The notes under the pieces: generated by a model | Told to the model about the DNA's origin: nothing | The model's input: only the letters and a program-made list of their open reading frames with translations | Databases searched by the model: none | Source: Blastocladiella emersonii ATCC 22665 | Taxonomy: Eukaryota > Fungi > Blastocladiomycota | Reading direction: 5' to 3' | Assembly: GCA_025594325.1 (NCBI GenBank) | Contig: JANHCV010000007.1 | Coordinates: forward strand, 620,001-684,000 | DNA: 64,000 nucleotides | In this document: in pieces, positions 56,201 through 64,000 of the stretch | How the letters are laid out: each line of letters begins with the position of its first letter | Position numbering within the stretch: the first letter of the stretch is position 1 | Made by a program: the position numbers and the translations under genes

Positions 56201-57996
56201 TTACATGCGGAACACACCATGCCCCTGTCCACGCGCGACGCCGCCGTTGCATGCGACGTGGAGGCCGAGACCCAGGACGTCGCGGGTATCGACGGGGTCG
56301 ATGACGCCGTCGTCCCAGAGCCGGGCCGACGAGAAGTACGGGTGTCCCTCGTGCTCGTAGCGCTCGACGATGGGCGCCTTGAACTTGGCCTCCATCTCCG
56401 CGTCCCACTTCTCGCCGCGCTTCTTCTTGGCGTCGCCCGTGACCTGGGCGAGGACGCCGGCGGCCTGCTCGCCGCCCATGACGGAGATGCGCGAGTTGGG
56501 CCACATCCAGAGGAACCGGGGCGAGTAGGCGCGCCCGCACATGCCGTAGTTGCCCGCGCCGAACGAGCCGCCGACGAGGACCGTGAACTTGGGGACCGAG
56601 GCGGTGGCGACCGCGTTGACCATCTTGGCGCCGTTCTTGGCGATGCCGCCGGCCTCGGCCGAGCTGCCGACCATGAACCCGGTGATGTTCTGCAGGAAGA
56701 CGAGCGGGATGCCGCGCTGCTCGCACAGCTGGATGAAGTGGGCGCCCTTGAGCGCGGCCTCGGAGAAGAGGATCCCGTTGTTGGCGATGACGCCAACCGG
56801 GTAGCCCCAGATGGACGCGAACCCGGTCACGAGCGAGGTGCCGTACTCGGCCTTGAACTCGTGGAACTCGGACCCGTCGACGGTGCGGGCAATCACCTGG
56901 CGGATGTCGAACGGCTTCTTGAGGTTGTCGCCGACGAGGCCGTACATGTCGCGCGGGTCGTAGAGCGGCGCGGCAACGGTGCCGTTGGGCGTGAGCTGGG
57001 TGGTCGCGGCGTGGCGGTGGTTGAGGTGCTTGACGATGCGGCGCGTGATGGTGAGGGCGTGGGTGTCGTCGAGCGCGTAGTGGTCCGTGACGCCCGACAC
57101 CTTGCAGTGCAGGTCGGCGCCGCCGAGGTCCTCGGCGCTCACCTCCTCGCCCGTGGCGGCCTTGACGAGCGGCGGGCCGGCGAGGAAGATGGTGCCCTGG
57201 CGGCGCACGATGACGGACTCGTCGGCCATGGCGGGCACGTAGGCGCCGCCGGCGGTGCACGAGCCCATGACGACGGCGATCTGCGGGATCCCCGCCTTGG
57301 ACAGGTTGGCCTGGTTGAAGAAGATGCGGCCGAAATGGCCCACGTCCGGGAACACGTCGGCCTGGCGCGGCAGGTTGGCGCCGCCCGAGTCGACGAGGTA
57401 GATGCAGGGCAGCTTGTTCTCGAGGGCAATCTCCTGGGCGCGCAGGTGCTTCTTGACGGTGATCGGGTAGTAGGTGCCGCCCTTGACGGTCGGGTCGTTG
57501 GCGACGATGACGCACTGGGTGCCGTTCACGGACCCGATGCCCGTGATGATGCCGCCGGCGGCCACCTCCTCGCCGTACAGCTCGTGGCCGGCGAGCTGCG
57601 AGAACTCGAGGAACGGCGAGCCGCGGTCGAGCAGCTTGTCGATGCTACGGACAGGTTCGCGTGAGTGGCAAGGCCGCGTGGATCGAGCGACTAGCCAGAA
57701 GCATACCGGTCGCGCGGCAGCAGCTTGCCGCGGCTCAGGTGGCGGGCGCGGGCAACCTCGCCGCCGCCGAGCTTGACGTGGCCGATCTTGGCGCGCAGGT
57801 CGTCGACGAGGGCCTGCATGCGGGCCTCGTTGTCCTTGAACTCGGGCGCGTTCTTGTCGACGGCGTCGGCGATGACGCCGTCCTTTTGCTCGTGGTGCAG
57901 GTGGTACGCGGCGGCGCGCTGGCGCAGCAGAGGGGCGGCAGCGGCGGCGGCGCGGGTGCGCGGCAGGGCGCGCGCGGCCCGGGCGAGGTGTAGCAT
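56201..57996 (-). CDS. MCCC2: 3-methylcrotonyl-CoA carboxylase beta subunit (2 exons, intron about 57706-57646)
   Basis: Mitochondrial presequence, RGKLLPRDR|[69 protein letters not shown]. Confidence 0.96.
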
Positions 57997-58610
57997 GGTG
58001 TTGATACGGAGCGAGTACGGGGTGGTGGGTCCGCAAGGGATGAGGAGGAGGGAGAGGAGTTCGTGGTGGCGATCGGCGTAAGCGGCGCCTTAGCTCGGTG
58101 CACCGCTGCAACGACGCGATCCCGCTCCCCCCAACGCCGTGGGGCCGGGAGCCCAAAACGCGGGATTCGCCGGGTCCGCTCACGCCGCGTGAAGCAGAAA
58201 GAGGTGGCAGGGGTGCGAGACGCGCGCGCGAGAAATTTGCCTCGCACCTGCCAAACCGCTACGCACGTGACGGTTTCGGGGGCGGGCCTGATTGTCCCAC
58301 GGGCGGGCGGGCGGCCGACGCCACTCTGATGCGCGCCCGCGGCACCGCGCCGATGACGGCGGGACCGCACCCGCCGGCCCGGCTCGCTCGCTGCCTTTGG
58401 CCTGCTGCAGCTTCCGCTCCCCCCGCTGCCATCGCTGCCGATGGATTGACTTTTCACTCGCCCGCCCTCACTCGCTTCCACTCTGCCCGCCCGCCCGCCC
58501 TGACGAGCCCTGCCCTGCCCGCCCGCCCTCCTCTCCTCGGCAGCCAGCAGCGCGAATTCTGTGACCCGCACCCGCCACCGACCGCCCGCCCGACCACCGC
58601 CCGACCGACC

Positions 58611-60137
58611 ATGTCCGAAGCCGAGAACCTCGAGGAGGCGCCGCTGTTCACGCTGGTCACCACGTACCTCGGGTACCTGATCCTGATCGCGTTCGGGCAC
58701 CTGCGCGACTTCTTCGGCAAGCGGCTGCGCGCCAAGGAGTACAGCCACCTGCTCGCCGTGGGCGGGTACGCGCCGCTCGTCAGCGACTTTGACTCGTTCT
58801 ACTCGCGCCGCCTCTACCAGCGCATCCGCGACTGCTTCAACCGCCCCATCACCAACGTGCCCGGCCGCCACATCACCCTGCTCGACCGCTACTCGGACGA
58901 CGGCAACAAGACCTTCACGCTGACCGGCAAGACCAAAAAGTGCCTCAACCTGTCGTCGTACAACTACCTCGGCTTTGCCCAGGCCGAGGGCCCCTGCGCC
59001 GACGCGGTCGCCGCCGCCGTCCAAAAGTACGGCGTGACGTGGGCGTCGCCGCGCAACGAGGCCGGTACCGCCGACATCCACACGGAGCTCGAGGCGACGG
59101 TCGCGCGGTTCGTCGGCACCGAGGACGCGCTGTGCGTGTCCATGGGCTTCGCGACCAACTCGACGGCGATCCCGGCGCTGGCCTCCAAGGGGTGCCTGAT
59201 CCTGTCGGACGAGCTCAACCACGCGTCGCTCGTGTTCGGCGCGCGCCTGTCGCAGGCCACGATCCGCGTCTTCAAGCACAACGACCCGGCCTCGCTCGAG
59301 CGCGCCCTGCGCGACGCCATCTCGCAGGGCCAGCCGCGCACCCACCGCCCGTGGAAGAAGATTATCGTGGTGGTCGAGGGCCTGTACTCGATGGAGGGCT
59401 CCATCTACCGGCTGCCCGAGATTGTCGCGCTCAAGGACCAGTACAAGTTCTACCTGTACGTGGACGAGGCCCACAGCATCGGCGCGCTCGGCCCGCGCGG
59501 CCGCGGCGTGTGCGACTACCACGGCATCGACCCGCGCAAGGTCGACATCCTCATGGGCACCTTCACCAAGTCGTTTGGCGCCGCCGGCGGGTACATTGCC
59601 GGGTCGCGCGCGCTCGTCGCCCACATGCGCACCCGGTGCCACGCGCCGCTCTACGCCGAGACGATCCCGGTGCCCGTCGCGCAGCAGATCATCACGTCGA
59701 CGCGCATCATGATGGGCGAGGACGGGTCCACGGACGGCGTGCGCCGCATCGCCACGCTGTCGGCCAACGCGCGCTACTTTTCGCAGCAGCTGCGCAAGCG
59801 CGGGTTCATCGTGTACGGGTCCGAGGACTCGCCCGTGATCCCGCTGCTCCTCTTCAACCCTGCCAAGATCCCCGCCTTCTCGCGCGAGTGCCTGCAGCGC
59901 GGGCTCGCCGTGGTCGTTGTCGGCGCCCCCGCCACGCCCATCGTGTCGTCGCGCGTCCGCTTCTGTCTCTCGGCCGCCCACACCAAGGAGGACCTCGACC
60001 GCGTCCTCGCCGTCGTCGACGAGGTCGGCGACCGACTCAAGCTCAAGGTGTCGCGCACCGACACGGACAAGGTCGTGTGCGCGCCCTACGCGTCGCACCT
60101 CGCCGCTAACCTCGCCGACCTCATTGTCTCGGCCTGA
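58611..60137 (+). CDS. LCB2: Serine palmitoyltransferase subunit Lcb2
   Basis: NLSSYNYLGF, SDELNHAS, YVDEAHSIGA, MGTFTKSFG (PLP lysine). Confidence 0.96.
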   Translation: MSEAENLEEAPLFTLVTTYLGYLILIAFGHLRDFFGKRLRAKEYSHLLAVGGYAPLVSDFDSFYSRRLYQRIRDCFNRPITNVPGRHITLLDRYSDDGNKTFTLTGKTKKCLNLSSYNYLGFAQAEGPCADAVAAAVQKYGVTWASPRNEAGTADIHTELEATVARFVGTEDALCVSMGFATNSTAIPALASKGCLILSDELNHASLVFGARLSQATIRVFKHNDPASLERALRDAISQGQPRTHRPWKKIIVVVEGLYSMEGSIYRLPEIVALKDQYKFYLYVDEAHSIGALGPRGRGVCDYHGIDPRKVDILMGTFTKSFGAAGGYIAGSRALVAHMRTRCHAPLYAETIPVPVAQQIITSTRIMMGEDGSTDGVRRIATLSANARYFSQQLRKRGFIVYGSEDSPVIPLLLFNPAKIPAFSRECLQRGLAVVVVGAPATPIVSSRVRFCLSAAHTKEDLDRVLAVVDEVGDRLKLKVSRTDTDKVVCAPYASHLAANLADLIVSA

Positions 60138-60720
60138 TTGATTCATCTGTCTTTAATTCGTTCGTTTGCATCTGCACTCCCTTCACCCCCTGTTTGGTCT
60201 CAATACTGGATCGTATCACTTGTCTCCTGGCTGGCTGGATCGTGAGAGTGAGTTCACGCCGTGGGAACCGACTCGCCCAGGCACCGCGCCCCGGCTGTCT
60301 CACGGAGTCGGACTGTCTCGCGGGTGGCGCAGGCGCGCGACGGCGCCGACGGCTCCAGCAGGGGTTCTGGCTCGACTGCGTGGGCCCGCCTTCATCGTCA
60401 TCGCGACGCGCTGCCCCACGGGTTGAGTTGGTCGGTCGGCGGCAACCAGCGGTGACGCCGGCGCAGCGCACTTTGGAAGGTGGCGTGCAGCAGTCAGCCG
60501 AGCGAGAGAGGTGAGGCAGGCCGAAAAACTCTGCTTGCACGTCACACAGCCAGGCCAGCCGTCCTGCCGCCTCGCCTCGCCGCCCATTTCGCCACCGTAG
60601 CCCGCGAGCCCCCGAGCCCGAGTATAAAGCGGCCGCCCCCCTCGCCCGCTCGCTCGCTCCTGGCGACCGTCCTTCCATCACTTGAACGTCCGCTCCACCC
60701 CCTCCCTCCCCAACTCTCAA

Positions 60721-60837
60721 GTACGTTGTGCCATGCGTGCACCGTCCTGATCAGCGTCGTGATCCGCACGCACGCACGCACGCACGCCACCGTTCCGTTC
60801 GGTTCGCTCACGAACGCCACCCTACCCGTCCCCGTAG
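60721..60837 (+). other. Probable 5' UTR intron of alpha-tubulin
   Basis: GTACGT donor; CCGTAG|CCATG acceptor; TATAAA at about 60623 upstream. Confidence 0.65.
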
Positions 60838-60839
60838 CC

Positions 60840-62198
60840 ATGCGCGAGATCATCTCCATCCACGTCGGCCAGGCCGGTGTCCAGGTCGGTAACGCGTGCT
60901 GGGAGCTGTACTGCCTCGAGCACGGGATCCAGCCCGACGGCACCATGCCGTCCGAGAAGGCCGCGGCCATTGCCGACACCTCGTTCCATACCTTCTTCTC
61001 GGAGACGGGCGCCGGCAAGCACGTGCCGCGCACCGTGTTCGTCGACCTCGAGCCCAACGTCGTCGACGAGGTGCGCACCGGCGCGTACCGCCAGCTGTTC
61101 CACCCGGAGCTGCTGATCACCGGCAAGGAGGACGCGGCCAACAACTACGCCCGCGGCCACTACACGATCGGCAAGGAGATGCTCGACCCCGTCATGGACC
61201 GCCTGCAGAAGCTCGCCGACGGGTGCGCTGGCCTCCAGGGCTTCCTCATCTTCCACTCGCTCGGCGGTGGTACCGGTTCGGGTTTCGGCTCGGCCCTCAT
61301 GGAGCGCATCTCGGTCGAGTACGGCAAGAAGACCAAGCTCGACTTCACCATCGCGCCGTCGCCGTCCATCTCGACGTCCATGGTCGAGCCCTACAACTCG
61401 GTCCTCACCATGCACACCACCATGGAGCACGCCGACTGCTCGTTCGTCGTCGACAACGAGGCCATCTACGACATCTGCTCGCGCGCCATGGCCGTCGAGC
61501 GCCCGACCTACACCAACCTCAACCGCCTCATCGCCCAGGTCGTGTCGTCGGTCACGGCCTCGCTCCGCTTCGACGGCTCGCTCAACGTTGACCTCAACGA
61601 GTTCCAGACCAACCTCGTGCCGTACCCGCGCATCCACTTCCCGCTGCTGTCGTACGCCCCGATTATTTCGGCCGACAAGGCGATGCACGAGAACCTCTCG
61701 GTTGCCGAGATCACGGCCGCTGTGTTCGAGCCCGCCAACCAGATGGTCAAGTGCGACCCGCGCACCGGCAAGTACATGGCGTGCTGCCTGCTGTACCGCG
61801 GCGACGTGACGCCCAAGGACGGCTCCGCAGCCATCGCCTCGATCCGCGCCAAGCGCACCATCCAGTTCGTCGACTGGTGCCCGACGGGCTTCAAGATGGG
61901 CATCAACTTCCAGCCGCCCACGGTCATCCCCGGCTCGGACATGGCCCGCGTCTCGCGCGCCGTATGCTCGCTGTCCAACACGACCGCCATCGCGTCGGCC
62001 TGGGCCCGCATCAACCACAAGTTCGACCTCATGTACGCCAAGCGCGCCTTCGTCCACTGGTACGTCGGCGAGGGCATGGAGGAGGGCGAGTTCTCCGAGG
62101 CCCGCGAGGACCTCGCTGCCCTCGAGAAGGACTACGAGGAGGTCGGCGCCGACTCGGTCGACGTCGATATGGAGGAGGACCAGTACGCCGAGTACTAG
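60840..62198 (+). CDS. TUB1: Alpha-tubulin
   Basis: [52 protein letters not shown]; ends in EY. Confidence 0.98.
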   Translation: MREIISIHVGQAGVQVGNACWELYCLEHGIQPDGTMPSEKAAAIADTSFHTFFSETGAGKHVPRTVFVDLEPNVVDEVRTGAYRQLFHPELLITGKEDAANNYARGHYTIGKEMLDPVMDRLQKLADGCAGLQGFLIFHSLGGGTGSGFGSALMERISVEYGKKTKLDFTIAPSPSISTSMVEPYNSVLTMHTTMEHADCSFVVDNEAIYDICSRAMAVERPTYTNLNRLIAQVVSSVTASLRFDGSLNVDLNEFQTNLVPYPRIHFPLLSYAPIISADKAMHENLSVAEITAAVFEPANQMVKCDPRTGKYMACCLLYRGDVTPKDGSAAIASIRAKRTIQFVDWCPTGFKMGINFQPPTVIPGSDMARVSRAVCSLSNTTAIASAWARINHKFDLMYAKRAFVHWYVGEGMEEGEFSEAREDLAALEKDYEEVGADSVDVDMEEDQYAEY

Positions 62199-63637
62199 AT
62201 GGCGTCGCTCTCGTTGTCGTTGTCGTTGTTTTGTTACCCCCTCACTTCAGTATCGCTCATCATCTGTAACACTACTTTTCCTCCCTCTCCCTACATTTTG
62301 TCCCACCACGTGTATTACATTCCTTGAAACTTGTTACCCCTCCTCGTTCTCGCCGTGTTTGTTGAGGTCGCCATCGTCCTTCGACTCGGGCACGAACGCG
62401 ACCTGAGACGAGGTCAGCGTGGCACCCGCGTCGCGCTCTAGCAGTAGCCGTCCCTCTCCACGACGGTCGTGGAGGCGGCCGCCGTAGTCGTAGTCGTCGA
62501 AGGTTGTGGCCATGGTCAGACGGCTGCGCTGCAGTCGCGGGTCTCGGCCGCCACCTAGCTGAGGTGAGGGTCGACCGCGGCCATGGCCGCGATGCTCGTG
62601 GCCACCGTGTCTTCTTCACATCCTCCGACGCAGTTACACGGCATACAGCTCACTTGAATCTCGGCCATAGTGGCGAGACAACCGCTCTCATTATCGGCTG
62701 CTGAAACGACGAAAGCTACTCAACAGGGCGACGGCGGGCGGGCGCGGCCATGGTGGAGCTCGCCGCTCCCGGAGCCCGGTGCTTGTACTCCTCCGCGCAC
62801 CATACGACTCGCATGAAGGTGGGCCGTCTCGACCAAGTGCTTCAGTGCACCGGTTGACGCGACGTTCATGACGCGGTGGGTTCCCGGCCACGCCGCGCGG
62901 CTTGTCGCCGCAGCTTCTCGAGGCCGCGACCGCCGTTGGCCATGGCCATCTCGCGTCGCGCCAAGCGGCCACCACTCGACTATACTATACAACGTCCCTG
63001 TTCTTTTTTCATCCGCGACGGCCGCGGGCGGAGTGACGATGGCCAACCAGGCCGTGGAGCTTGCTTGGACGGACGGAGAAATCCGCTAGATTCGCCCGTT
63101 TCTTTCCGGCCGGCTCGGTCGGCTGCTGCCCGTCGCCGCCCGCCGTCGTCCTCGCCGTCCATCCCTTCTCCCTTCTTGGCCAGCGACCCGGCCCACGAAG
63201 GCGACACTTGCTGCAACGTATCACACCCCGCGGAGCGAGGCCCTGTCCCCTCCCGCCCTCGCGCGCCCGCCGTGCCTCCCACACGGGCCTCGATGCATCG
63301 CGCCGCCGGCCGCCTCTAGAACAAGTACACGCACGACTCGCCCCATCCCCCGCGATTTTGCTTGCAACCGAGATTTTTGCACACACGGTGCGTGCTCGTG
63401 GGGTGCCAGGGACGACTGCATCGCCGCCGCGCCCGCCGCGCTGCGCCCCAGGCGTATTTATAGCCGCACATTCGCCAATATGAGCGGAGCGCGGCGCGGC
63501 GGCGGCGGCGGCGGGCTGCGGTCGTTGGCGACGCCCTCTTCCTCGGCCTTGTCCATCGGTGCCCGGCTGCTGACCTCTCTCTCTCTCGCGCGCCTGACGC
63601 GTCTAGACACACGACTCGATACAGTACATCGTAACCC

Positions 63638-64000
63638 ATGGGCCAGTCGCAGTCGACGTCCAGCCAGCACTCGGCGCACGGCCACCATGGCGCGCACGCC
63701 GGCGCCGGCGCGCACCACCACTACCGCGACCGGCCATCGGGCGACGACGGCCTCCTGTCGCCGTCCGCCTACGCCTTCCTCGATGCGCAATCTTCTGGGG
63801 GTGGTGTGCCGCGGCGCGGCTCCGAACCCTCGCTGCCCACTTCCTCCACAACCGCCGGCGCCGCCGCCTCCGCCACCTCGCCCGTCGACACGCGCGCGCC
63901 CGCCATCGCCGCGGCGTTCCGCGACCCGCGCCGCGAACCCTCGGTGCGCACCACGCGCCCGGGCGGGTTCGGGTCCAACCCGCGCCGCCCGCGCCCGCGC
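63638..64000 (+). CDS. 5' part of a hypothetical protein with an N-myristoylation consensus (truncated by the window edge)
   Basis: MGQSQS (MGxxxS); frame is open to the end of the window. Confidence 0.5.
   Translation, partial: MGQSQSTSSQHSAHGHHGAHAGAGAHHHYRDRPSGDDGLLSPSAYAFLDAQSSGGGVPRRGSEPSLPTSSTTAGAAASATSPVDTRAPAIAAAFRDPRREPSVRTTRPGGFGSNPRRPRPR

Noticed and set aside
29534-60137. Lipid-metabolism gene cluster (desaturase, OPI3, LCB2)
   Set aside because: The genes are dispersed among unrelated genes and act in different pathways; no shared regulatory motif was seen.
60060-60137. Extra 3' intron in LCB2 (GCTAAC branch-like site)
   Set aside because: No nearby AG acceptor follows it; the unspliced stop gives a normal-length protein.
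62334-62513. 59-aa minus-strand ORF (MATTFDDYDYGG...)
   Set aside because: Short, with no motif or supporting context.

Overview
64 kb of GC-rich eukaryotic DNA with short spliceosomal introns (mostly about 55-115 nt, GTRYG...YAG). Gene content and style fit an early-diverging fungus, most likely Blastocladiomycota such as Allomyces (inference, not verified). The left and right thirds hold ordinary genes: secreted subtilase, transportin/Kap104, LSM5, TMEM134/230-like, a four-domain Cch1/NALCN-type channel with an E-D-E-D filter, FrnE-like DsbA, BTB-BACK, MFSD1-like, a His-box desaturase, a RING-H2 ligase, OPI3/PEMT, an ApgM-type phosphoglycerate mutase, MCCC2, LCB2 and alpha-tubulin. An accessory island at about 38.7-56.2 kb holds a three-copy LRR gene array. 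The array is interrupted by two head-to-tail Helitron2/HLE2-like elements (42114-46070 and 46083-51061). The two elements share hairpin-forming asymmetric terminal inverted repeats and a covarying 3' hairpin. Each carries a PIF1 helicase remnant and a homologous, oppositely oriented accessory ORF ending in an NLS-like motif, and each lacks the central promoter/HUH-Rep region. A separate TnpB/Fanzor C-terminal remnant (about 17.17-17.37 kb) is followed by a cluster of short hairpins where an omega-RNA would be expected. Many long ORFs in the supplied track are antisense shadows of GC-rich genes. No rRNA, tRNA or CRISPR array was seen.
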